Notes: generated by a model not told the origin, from the letters alone. A stretch of DNA of 64,000 nt from Candidatus Cloacimonadales bacterium (GCA_963665815.1 OY762463.1:1045469-1109468); one strand, 5' to 3'. Positions 9,337-16,869 are shown, numbered from the stretch's first letter. Numbers and translations: made by a program.

Positions 9337-10055
9337 CTCATTTTTGGAGACTTTCGGGCTATGCCCTGCAAGCTCATTGCTGGATGGCAGTTGATCCAGC
9401 TGATGAGTTTTTTAGCCCTGAAGGTGTCTCTTATGGTTCTCGGATCGGAATCCTACGAACTTCAGAGACGAGACTCTCGCCTTCGGCTACGAGCTTATAT
9501 AATGACCCGGTGAACTTCCTTGATCCGGATGGGGCGGAGCAAACTCCAGCTTACTTAGTTGTAGATATAATGTTGGACTATGTTGAATTAGATGGGAAAC
9601 TAAGTAACTCAGGCGTAATAGCAAAACTAAATGAAGCTGCATCTATTGCAGAGGGTAGATTCAATAGACATAATCCAAATGATTCAGACATACTAAAGGC
9701 AAAATATCTGCATGACGGTAAATTTTTAAGAAGTTGTGCAACAATATCTTCTTCTAACAGTACTATAAAAGGGATAGATACTGGAAAAAAAATAACAGTA
9801 GGAGCTGGGGCTCTTGCAGTCGGAGGAGTCGGTATAAATGCAGCACGAATGGGGGCAAAGCATATGGCACAGCCTTTACTGAATGGTACATATGATCTTA
9901 TGGCTGGAGGAACTGATGTTCTAAGTTTGGGTACAACACTTTTTATAGAAACTCCTCATGTTGACCACAAGGCAATTAAGAAAGATTGGAACTTAAGATA
10001 TAAATATCAAGATTATGACAGAGGAGATGATGGATATGATTTTAATGAACTTTGA
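9126..10055 (+). CDS. orphan RHS-repeat-associated-core C-terminal fragment with variable toxin-like tip
   Basis: TTG start lies 6 nt after AAGGAG. The N-terminus LYVGNTALVVQEDHYYPFG..FLYNNKEYENE, then WMAVDPADEF and YNDPVNFLDPDG, match the end of RHS/YD core domains. About 180 unrelated C-terminal residues follow, containing a glycine-zipper-like stretch (VGAGALAVGGVGINAARMGA). In-frame stops lie upstream and no long YD-repeat body is present. The middle of the core region is occupied by GC-rich repeat elements, so the gene may be partly degenerate. Confidence 0.65.
   Translation: MYVGNTALVVQEDHYYPFGIRLVGMSTDTGQNNKFLYNNKEYENENKVPPMVFELTFYRLRSGDSRLRLRAHFWRLSGYALQAHCWMAVDPADEFFSPEGVSYGSRIGILRTSETRLSPSATSLYNDPVNFLDPDGAEQTPAYLVVDIMLDYVELDGKLSNSGVIAKLNEAASIAEGRFNRHNPNDSDILKAKYLHDGKFLRSCATISSSNSTIKGIDTGKKITVGAGALAVGGVGINAARMGAKHMAQPLLNGTYDLMAGGTDVLSLGTTLFIETPHVDHKAIKKDWNLRYKYQDYDRGDDGYDFNEL
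9296..9341 (+). repeat. GC-rich 46-nt element, copy A (a degenerate half-copy follows at 9345-9378)
   Basis: CTACAGACTTCGGAGTGGAGACTCTCGCCTACGGCTACGAGCTCAT. By hand alignment 39/46 positions are identical to copy B. It is followed by TGGAGACTTTCGGGCTATGCCCTGCAAGCTCATT, which repeats its right half in degenerate form. The element is much more GC-rich than the surrounding sequence. Confidence 0.8.
9453..9498 (+). repeat. GC-rich 46-nt element, copy B
   Basis: CTACGAACTTCAGAGACGAGACTCTCGCCTTCGGCTACGAGCTTAT. It sits in a different codon phase of the same ORF than copy A (copy A starts at phase 2, copy B at phase 0). The similarity is therefore at nucleotide level, not protein level. Confidence 0.8.
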
Positions 10056-10085
10056 AAGTTCAATAAATAACAAAAGGAAATATCA

Positions 10086-10979
10086 ATGAGGTACTTACTG
10101 ATTACTATAGTACTTTTTATAGGTACATTTACTCTATATAGTGTTGAACTATTATCCGTTGAACAGTTAAATGAATTTGCGGATTCAATTCGTAGTAAGA
10201 TGGTAGCAAATGATTTTACTGGAATCTGTATGATGGAAAAAGGAATGAGAAACTTTATAACAAATACAGATCAATTATATATGAAGTATGAATCCTTTGA
10301 TGTTCTTGCAAAGTCATTTATCTTGATCAATGAATATAGTAAAGCTAAACAATGCTATAGCGACATAACAAAAATACTATCAGTCACTCAAAATACAGTT
10401 TACTGTAAATATTGGGTAATTGCTAAATTCAAAACAATAATTGCAAATAAAAAGCTTAGTTTTGAAGAAAAGATGAAGGAATTAGAAAGATTTAGAGTTT
10501 CTGATTTTAAGAATCTTAATGTGACATGCTATTATGAAGTTTTAAGTTATATGTTAACTGGATCAAAAATACGAAAGCAATATTTTCTTGACTTGTTTAA
10601 AGACCGAGTCGTTTCTAATGATATCAAAATCAATTTTATGATTTTCTTATCAATAATTGAAATAGATGAAGAAAATAATGATGAATCAATGAAATATTTG
10701 AAAAGAGCAGAAAAATTAATACCAACGATTACAAATTTCAGGAATATATTAGAAATGCAACTCAATTTGGCAAAAACCTTGTTATATGATAGACAACAGA
10801 ATATTGCAGAAAGCAACAAGTATTTATCCAAAGCTATTCAAATTAAATCCTCAATTTCTAACCTAGATAGTATCAATATCTTTAGTTTAATGAAATTTGA
10901 CAACATGATTCCTTATCCTGATAATGTGATAAGGCAACTAGAAAGTATTGAGAGGAGGATAAATGAGCAAAAGAATTAA
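10086..10979 (+). CDS. hypothetical secreted/membrane-anchored all-alpha (TPR-like) protein; candidate immunity protein
   Basis: 297 aa with N-terminal hydrophobic segment MRYLLITIVLFIGTFTLYS. The composition is helical-repeat-like. It lies immediately downstream of the RHS-type tip. Function not recognised. Confidence 0.6.
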   Translation: MRYLLITIVLFIGTFTLYSVELLSVEQLNEFADSIRSKMVANDFTGICMMEKGMRNFITNTDQLYMKYESFDVLAKSFILINEYSKAKQCYSDITKILSVTQNTVYCKYWVIAKFKTIIANKKLSFEEKMKELERFRVSDFKNLNVTCYYEVLSYMLTGSKIRKQYFLDLFKDRVVSNDIKINFMIFLSIIEIDEENNDESMKYLKRAEKLIPTITNFRNILEMQLNLAKTLLYDRQQNIAESNKYLSKAIQIKSSISNLDSINIFSLMKFDNMIPYPDNVIRQLESIERRINEQKN

Positions 10980-11913
10980 GATAAATAGTATCCTTCTGTT
11001 GGTTTTATTAACATTTTGTTCAAGATTTTTTGCATTTGAATATGTGAACTATTATCCTTTGAAGCAAAATTTAACACTTGAAGAGAAAGAGGTGGTAGAA
11101 AATTTCTCTTTCTTGATGAAAGACATATTGAACGACAATTTCGCAATCGCTGGAACAAGCTTATCATTCATTTTCAGTCGTAATCAATTAAAAAATAATC
11201 CATTTGTTACAGAAAATCCTAAAGTCATATTAATTCAATTCAGGGTAATTTATAACATAAGAATTGGAAATTATGAATTGGCTAAACTCTTATTTGATGA
11301 AGTTGAAAAGTCCTTCCAAGAGCCTACTAATGATTTATCAAATGAGTTCTTCGAAGAGCTCAAATTGTATAAGTATTCAATTATGGCTAAACTGGAACCA
11401 GATAGTTTAGAATATTATGCGCGAAAAATCATAGATATTGTTACTCCTAAAGATTTATTCTGCTATACATATCGCTTGAACTGGTTATTTGATAATGGCT
11501 ATTACAATGATTTACAGAAGATTGTAAAAAACTCAAATGATACTTTTGATATAATTAGTAACATAAGGTGTCTTTATGAGCAAAAAAAGTATGATGATAT
11601 TGAAAATTTATTTATTCAGTTGAGTCGCAGTCCTCACAAACAAACTCCCGATCTTTTGCTTTATATTAGTTATATTAAATGCCTTATCGCCTTTAATAAG
11701 GGAAAAATCGACAAATCGATAAAGCTTTTAAAGAAGAATCAAAGAATGTTTAATGAGCTTGAAGTTTATATTAAAACTCATAATTTGAGAGAAAGATTTA
11801 TTGATGAAAGTTTAAGAACACTAGTATTTAATTTTGATGGATTGAATTTCACTTTAACAAATGAGCAGATAATGCAACTGTTGACAATCCAAGAAATGAG
11901 TAAATTAGATTAA
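10963..11913 (+). CDS. hypothetical secreted all-alpha (TPR-like) protein, translationally coupled to the previous gene
   Basis: 316 aa with signal-like N-terminus (INSILLLVLLTFCSRFFA). It overlaps the upstream gene by 17 nt. The composition is helical-repeat-like. Function not recognised. Confidence 0.6.
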   Translation: MSKRIKINSILLLVLLTFCSRFFAFEYVNYYPLKQNLTLEEKEVVENFSFLMKDILNDNFAIAGTSLSFIFSRNQLKNNPFVTENPKVILIQFRVIYNIRIGNYELAKLLFDEVEKSFQEPTNDLSNEFFEELKLYKYSIMAKLEPDSLEYYARKIIDIVTPKDLFCYTYRLNWLFDNGYYNDLQKIVKNSNDTFDIISNIRCLYEQKKYDDIENLFIQLSRSPHKQTPDLLLYISYIKCLIAFNKGKIDKSIKLLKKNQRMFNELEVYIKTHNLRERFIDESLRTLVFNFDGLNFTLTNEQIMQLLTIQEMSKLD

Positions 11914-11930
11914 CTTTTTTATATTGAAAA

Positions 11931-11955
11931 GCCAGAACTCGTTTTCTGGCTTTTT
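11931..11955 (+). terminator. rho-independent terminator
   Basis: GCCAGAA-ctcgtt-TTCTGGC followed by TTTTT, 18 nt after the stop at 11913. Confidence 0.8.
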
Positions 11956-12124
11956 CTGTCTGAACCATGATTCTCTTGATTTATATGATTGAAGGATTGC
12001 AAGGATAAACACCTTCGGAATGGTTAAAGACCTTCCGAATGGTGTGACAAACTGCTATCTTTTTTTTGAAATCAACTGTGCAGTCCTGTAATACGCGTAG
12101 AGGCAACCGGACGGTTGACTCAAT

Positions 12125-12400
12125 AATTTTCTTGACCATTTGCCACTACTGAGCTCAATTTAGCCTTAATATGGAGTAAGGAGACAGGATTGTATCTGGG
12201 AAACACAGCTTTAGTAGTACAGGAAGACCATTACTATCCATTTGGGCAACGTTTGAATGGGCTTTCCATGGCAAGTGCAAATCCTAATAACTTTCTTTAC
12301 AATGGGAAGGAATTTGAAGATGAGAATAATGTACCTCCTATGGTCTTCGAACTGACGTTCTACAGACTTCGGAGTGGAGACTCTCGCCTGCGGCTACGAG
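12125..12400 (+). repeat. 276-bp dispersed direct repeat, copy 2
   Basis: Matches 9061-9336. Homology stops exactly at ..CGGCTACGAG (12400), the right end of the GC-rich element. Confidence 0.9.
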
Positions 12401-12408
12401 ATTATTAG
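12190..12408 (+). pseudogene. truncated second copy of the RHS-core-like cassette head (no toxin tip)
   Basis: It has the same SD and TTG start. LYLGNTALVVQEDHYYPFGQRLNG..FLYNGKEFEDENNVPPMVFELTFYRLRSGDSRLRLR is then followed by a stop 3 codons after the repeat ends. The WxxVDP and DPDG motifs and any tip are missing. Confidence 0.7.
12360..12405 (+). repeat. GC-rich 46-nt element, copy C
   Basis: CTACAGACTTCGGAGTGGAGACTCTCGCCTGCGGCTACGAGATTAT. Nearly identical to copy A up to CGGCTACGAG, after which the flanks diverge completely. Confidence 0.8.
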
Positions 12409-12626
12409 TAAAGAAATTATCTTTCACCTGCACAATAATAGAATCAGGTTCAATGCTGTAAATAAGCCCAAATTCTGCCTGTTCATCCTGACTTAGCACC
12501 ATGGATTTACCTTTAAACTCCAGTATCAAGGTTTTACCTATAACACCGGTTATGTTTATTTCTGGTCGATGGACAATGGGCTATGAGCAAAGTCGTCGCA
12601 TATACTTTTAACACCATTTGCAAATC

Positions 12627-12653
12627 AAAAAGGCCCCGAGAATTCCCAGAGCC
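12627..12653 (-). terminator. repeat copy of the same terminator (array unit 1)
   Basis: Identical hairpin followed by UUUUUGAUUU on the minus strand. Confidence 0.7.
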
Positions 12654-12813
12654 TGTAAAGTTAGTTGGATGTCAAATGCGACGAAATCCCGACCTATTTG
12701 AAAAGGTCCTTCAGCAGTTTTTCTGCTTCTTTTTCGACTTTCTTGCCAACAAAAGAAAGTCTTTTCCCTTAAATCAAAGTTGTCGCATTATCTATAGTGA
12801 TGAACATTTCAAT

Positions 12814-12842
12814 AAAAAAAGGCCCCGAGAATTCCCAGAGCC
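12814..12842 (-). terminator. repeat copy of the same terminator (array unit 2)
   Basis: Identical hairpin followed by a run of 7 U on the minus strand. Confidence 0.7.
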
Positions 12843-13005
12843 TGTAAAGTTAGTTGGATGTCAAATGCGACGAAATCTCGACCTATTTGAAAAGGTCCTT
12901 CAGCAGTTTTTCTGCTTCTTTTTCGACTTTCTTTCCGGCAAAAAGAAAGTCTTTTTACCTTTTTGGGGTAGTTGTCGCATTATCTATAGTGATGAACATT
13001 TCAAT

Positions 13006-13034
13006 AAAAAAAGGCCCCGAGAATTCCCAGAGCC
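13006..13034 (-). terminator. repeat copy of the same terminator (array unit 3)
   Basis: Identical hairpin followed by a run of 7 U on the minus strand. Confidence 0.7.
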
Positions 13035-13196
13035 TGTAAAGTTAGTTGGATGTCAAATGCGACGAAATCTCGACCTATTTGAAAAGGTCCTTCAGCAGTT
13101 TTTCTGCTTCTTTTTCGACTTTCTTTCCGGCAAAAAGAAAGTCTTTTTACCTTTTTGGGGTAGTTGTCGCATTATCTATAGTGATGAACATTTCAA

Positions 13197-13226
13197 TAAG
13201 AAAAGGCCCCGAGAATTCCCAGAGCC
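13197..13226 (-). terminator. native rho-independent terminator of gene 13267..15135
   Basis: Minus-strand RNA reads GGCUCUGGG-aauu-CUCGGGGCC, a 9-bp stem including three G-U pairs, followed by UUUUCUUAUU. On the plus strand the same positions are C-A mismatches, so the terminator is strand-specific. Confidence 0.8.
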
Positions 13227-13266
13227 TGTAAAGTTAGTTGGATGTCAAATGCGACGAAATCTCGAC

Positions 13267-15135
13267 CTATTTGAAAAGGTCTTTCAGCAGTTTCTCTGCT
13301 TCTTTTTCGACTTTCTTTCCGGCTTTATCTTTTTCCTTATCGATTTTGCCTTGAACTTCATTTTGTTTACCTTTGACCTTAGCTAATTGCTTATCGATCT
13401 TGCTTTGCATTTTTTTCATTTCAGAATCAAGCCTTGCTTTCTGTTTGTTTATCTGGTCATCAAGTTGTTTCTTGTACTTGGCAACTTCTTTATCAACCTT
13501 CTTACGCAATTCTTGTTTAGCTCGATCTACTTCTGCACTGAGTGCTTTTTTCATTTCTCTTGCAATCAGATTATCGAGATTACTATTCAAGTCGAATGAG
13601 TAATCAGAATCTTTCTGGCTGATTTTTGCATCAAAAGTAATAACATTTATTGCCTGAGTAATCCTCTTTGCAATTCTCAGGAGATGTTTGTTAAGCTTCT
13701 TTGAGTACACATCTGAAAACCTGAGTTTGTCTCCCTTAAAACCTACACTTGAAACAAAGTCACTGTTAAGAATATCAATCTCTGAGCTGAATGTTGCTTG
13801 TCCTGATTCCAGTTTTTCAGGTAACAAGACAAAATTGGAAAGTTTTGTTCCGTTAAGTGGTATTTCACTAGCAACAATTTTTACGTTCTCGTGGAATTGC
13901 TCATTTCTGTGGTCCAGAGTAGCATCTATGCTTGCTTTGAACAATCCGGCTCTGCTTCCGCTTAATTTTGCAGTAATCGGAGTATTAATTCTGTCCTGAT
14001 CAGATGAGATATTGAATATCTGTCCTTTAATTTTGAGCCCGTCACCTGCTTCACCGGAAAGAGTAATTTCTTTCAGCCAGAAGTTTGGTAATTCAGGATA
14101 TTTTTCTGCTTTGGGTTCTGCTTCTACAGCTTCAGGTTTATCCTGTTTGATTTCTCTCGACATCTGTATGTATCCTATAGCCATCATTAAACCATCTGAA
14201 AGTCTGTCTCCAAACAGCATTTTTGCAATATCTTCAACATTTGATGAAGGTAGGTTAGCAATATTCAATGCTTTGTTATAATCCGCTTTAACCCACTTAG
14301 GAACATCTTTTCTGAGACCATTAAGAAGCTTCATATCTTTAGAGAAATTCTTTTTAACCTCTTTAGCTTCTTTAAACAGTTTCTGAGATTTATCATAAGC
14401 AAATTTAGCATTATCCAGAGCTTTCAATAACTCATCAAGCTTCTTCAAATTATTAACATCTATTGCACTGATCTTTTTCTCAATTTCTTTATAATCTTTT
14501 TCATAAGTATTGTTTTTGAATTTATCATCCCAATATGCGTAACGTTCATCTGCAATTTTCTTAAGTGAATCAATTTTAGCAGGTGTCTGAAGTTCGAGAA
14601 GAGCGAATACGGAATCAACATCGATATTTGCCTTAAGTGAAGCAGGATCAAATACAGGAATCTTATCCTTTTCTTCCATGATCTTTGCTTTGATCTTTTC
14701 AGTTACCATTTTAGCTACTTTGCTCTGTCCTTTTTTCTTCTTTTTAGGATCAGGCTCAATATAACCATCTTCCGCTCTGACAGTATTCATTTTAAAGTTT
14801 ACTAACTGTACTTTATTCATGACAACTTTCTTTGCCAGCAGAGGTTTAATCTCCATATTAATTTCTGTTCGACCAAATTCAAACAGGTTTTTCTTTGTAT
14901 TGTCCTTATCAGTCATCTGGAATCTGTTCCAGGACAATGTTCCTTCGAATGGTTCAAACTTGAGACTGTCAACATTGAGTTGAGCTCCATAGATTTTGGA
15001 ACCTTTCCCTTCAATAAAATTTGTAAGTATATTATTTCTGAAGTGATAAACTCCAAATAATCCACCTGCAAAAATTATAAGAAATATAAGTAATCCAAGA
15101 AAAAACTTACCAAATTTCTTAAAGAATTTCTTCAT
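13267..15135 (-). CDS. membrane-anchored envelope protein with Lys/Glu-rich coiled-coil tail (AsmA/DUF748-like; family uncertain)
   Basis: 622-aa ORF with N-terminal TM anchor FFLGLLIFLIIFAGGLFGVY. A long mixed alpha/beta region is followed by a C-terminal coiled coil (..KQELRKKVDKEVAKYKKQLDDQINKQKARLDSEMKK..). Confidence 0.7.
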   Translation of the reverse strand: MKKFFKKFGKFFLGLLIFLIIFAGGLFGVYHFRNNILTNFIEGKGSKIYGAQLNVDSLKFEPFEGTLSWNRFQMTDKDNTKKNLFEFGRTEINMEIKPLLAKKVVMNKVQLVNFKMNTVRAEDGYIEPDPKKKKKGQSKVAKMVTEKIKAKIMEEKDKIPVFDPASLKANIDVDSVFALLELQTPAKIDSLKKIADERYAYWDDKFKNNTYEKDYKEIEKKISAIDVNNLKKLDELLKALDNAKFAYDKSQKLFKEAKEVKKNFSKDMKLLNGLRKDVPKWVKADYNKALNIANLPSSNVEDIAKMLFGDRLSDGLMMAIGYIQMSREIKQDKPEAVEAEPKAEKYPELPNFWLKEITLSGEAGDGLKIKGQIFNISSDQDRINTPITAKLSGSRAGLFKASIDATLDHRNEQFHENVKIVASEIPLNGTKLSNFVLLPEKLESGQATFSSEIDILNSDFVSSVGFKGDKLRFSDVYSKKLNKHLLRIAKRITQAINVITFDAKISQKDSDYSFDLNSNLDNLIAREMKKALSAEVDRAKQELRKKVDKEVAKYKKQLDDQINKQKARLDSEMKKMQSKIDKQLAKVKGKQNEVQGKIDKEKDKAGKKVEKEAEKLLKDLFK

Positions 15136-15315
15136 CTGAATATCTCCTAATTATCAATATCTTTAATTAAAGAATTATCTGTGAAGGAAAATTCGAGTCA
15201 AGAAAAAAGTCATTCCGCACAATTATGGTACTAAATAACACTCAGTTACTGAGAGTACAGTTTTCATTACTTACTTCAGGGAGTCTGTTGATTAGAAAAA
15301 TCTGAACTAAAAACA

Positions 15316-15344
15316 TTGACTGATTGATATTCAATACTTACAGT
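15316..15344 (+). promoter_or_regulatory. sigma70-type promoter candidate for the NfeD/SPFH operon
   Basis: TTGACT (15316-15321), 17-nt spacer, TACAGT (15339-15344), about 30 nt upstream of the GGAGG-led ATG at 15376. Confidence 0.45.
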
Positions 15345-15375
15345 TTACCAAGAAGATACTAATTATGGAGGATCT

Positions 15376-15825
15376 ATGCAGATACAACCTTATATGGTCT
15401 GGATTATTCTGGGAGTTATTTTCGCTGTACTCGAATTTATGATACCCGGAATGATAATCATTTTCTTTGGGATTGGTGCTATATTAACCGGAATACTTAC
15501 GACATTCATGCTGCAGGATAATTATATCGCACAAATGATTATTTTTCTGATTCTGTCGATTTTATCCCTTGTTTTACTGAGAAAATACATGAAGAGTGTG
15601 CTGGTAGGTGAAACTACAGACAACCATCAGTTTGCGAATGACAGTATAGGAGAAATTGCACATGTCACTGAAGAAATTAATGCTTCTGAAGGCAAAGGTC
15701 ATATTAAGTTCAGGGGCTCTCTCTGGAAAGCAGTTTCAGATGATGTTATTCCTGAAGGAAGTACTGTAAAAATTGTAGAGCAGAATAACATAACTTATAA
15801 AGTTAAACTTAACAAGGAGGACTAA
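15376..15825 (+). CDS. NfeD-family membrane protein
   Basis: 149 aa with N-terminal TM helices and a C-terminal OB-like soluble domain (GHIKFRGSLWKAVS..GSTVKIVE). Its stop overlaps the next start (TAATG), the classical pairing with an SPFH gene. Confidence 0.8.
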   Translation: MQIQPYMVWIILGVIFAVLEFMIPGMIIIFFGIGAILTGILTTFMLQDNYIAQMIIFLILSILSLVLLRKYMKSVLVGETTDNHQFANDSIGEIAHVTEEINASEGKGHIKFRGSLWKAVSDDVIPEGSTVKIVEQNNITYKVKLNKED

Positions 15826-16754
15826 TGTTTGATGGAATGTTCATGTGGATAATAATTATAATTGTTGTTATTTCCTTATTTCTCAAATATGCCAGAGTTA
15901 TACCGAATCAATCAGTCTATGTAATTGAAAGACTTGGTAAGTACCAGAAAACAATTGGAGCAGGTTTTCATCTGTTATTACCTTTCTTAGATAAAATTGC
16001 TTACAAACACACGTTAAAGGAACAGGCTATTGACGTACCACCTCAGATTTGTATTACTCAAGATAATATCTCTGTTGAAATTGATGGTGTTCTGTATATG
16101 AAAGTTGTTGATGCTGTAAAAGCAAGTTATGGAATAACAAATTACAGATTTGCCATCATTCAACTTGCTCAGACTATGATGCGTTCCGAAATAGGTAAAC
16201 TAAGTCTGGACAACACATTTGAATCCAGAGAAAACATTAATGCTCAGATTGTAACAGCTATTGACGAAGCTTCGGACCCCTGGGGTATCAAAGTAACTCG
16301 TTATGAGATTAAAAACATTGATCCACCTGAATCAATAAAAGGTGCAATGGAAAAGCAGATGCGTGCTGAACGTGAGAAAAGAGAAAAGATAGCACTTTCC
16401 GAAGGTGACAAAATAGCTAAGATTAACCGAGCTGAAGGTGATAGAGAAGAAGCTATTAAAAAATCTGAAGGTGAAAGAACTAAGCTTGAAAACGAAGCAA
16501 AGGGACAGGCTGCTGCAATTCTTGAAGTTGCTGAAGCAACAGCTCAGGGAATTAAGAAAATTGCTGATGCAATCAATCAGGAAGGTGGACAGGAAGCTGT
16601 TAATATGAATATTGCCAAAGACTGGATTAAGGAATTCGGTAAAATTGCCCACAAAAGCAATACAATGATTGTTCCTACAAACGTTGCCGATCTTGCCAGC
16701 GTAACCGGACTTGTTGCCAAGACATTCGATAAAATGAGAGACAAACCGGAATAG
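15825..16754 (+). CDS. SPFH/band-7 (stomatin/prohibitin-like) protein
   Basis: 309 aa with an N-terminal TM helix. It has an SPFH core (PNQSVYVIERLGKYQKTIGAGFHLLLPFLD..) and a Glu/Ala/Lys-rich coiled-coil tail. Confidence 0.9.
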   Translation: MFDGMFMWIIIIIVVISLFLKYARVIPNQSVYVIERLGKYQKTIGAGFHLLLPFLDKIAYKHTLKEQAIDVPPQICITQDNISVEIDGVLYMKVVDAVKASYGITNYRFAIIQLAQTMMRSEIGKLSLDNTFESRENINAQIVTAIDEASDPWGIKVTRYEIKNIDPPESIKGAMEKQMRAEREKREKIALSEGDKIAKINRAEGDREEAIKKSEGERTKLENEAKGQAAAILEVAEATAQGIKKIADAINQEGGQEAVNMNIAKDWIKEFGKIAHKSNTMIVPTNVADLASVTGLVAKTFDKMRDKPE

Positions 16755-16815
16755 AATACGAAATATTAAGAAACCAGTGCATATTATAATGACATGACGG
16801 TATTCTAATTATACA

Positions 16816-16847
16816 ATCAGTACCTTCCGTAATCGGAAGGTACTGAT
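16816..16847. terminator. bidirectional terminator hairpin between convergent genes
   Basis: ATCAGTACCTTCCG-taat-CGGAAGGTACTGAT, a 14-bp perfect stem between the stops at 16754 (+) and 16870 (-). Confidence 0.8.
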
Positions 16848-16869
16848 TTCAAATATTGTTCAATTATGC

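Larger units (their letters stand above)
12590..13323 (-). repeat. head-to-tail array (189/192/192-nt periods) of the 3' end + 3' UTR + terminator of gene 13267..15135
   Basis: The hairpin GGCCCCGAGAATTCCCAGAGCC occurs at 12632, 12821, 13013 and 13205. Each full unit carries a copy of the last 17 codons plus TAG of the upstream gene (..KKVEKEAEKLLKDLFK*). The copy at 13205 is the native gene end. A degenerate unit tail is visible at 12590-12631. Homology to the native gene stops at about 13323. Confidence 0.95.

Noticed and set aside
9310-9513. 67-aa alternative-frame ORF (METLAYGYELIFGDF..) across the GC-rich elements, considered as the 'true' frame of the RHS core.
   Set aside because: It loses the WMAVDP and DPDG motifs, which are clearly read in the main frame. 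It exists only because the GC-rich elements are stop-poor.
12590-13323. Could the regularly spaced repeats be a CRISPR array?
   Set aside because: The whole 189-192-nt unit is repeated, with no unique spacers between short repeats. No cas genes are present. The units are copies of a gene's 3' end.
12583-13386. 267-aa plus-strand ORF running through the whole tandem array (repeating KRPREFPEPVKLVGCQMRRN.. units), and the nested 61-aa ORFs at 12854..13039 and 13046..13231.
   Set aside because: The units are multiples of 3 nt, so any frame open in one unit stays open through all of them. The ORF has no convincing RBS and an odd F/C-rich composition. It lies antisense to the well-supported 3' end of gene 13267..15135 and reads through four terminator hairpins. 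It is most likely an artefact of the repeat. The fact that the diverged unit also differs by exactly 3 nt is noted, but that has a 1-in-3 chance by coincidence.
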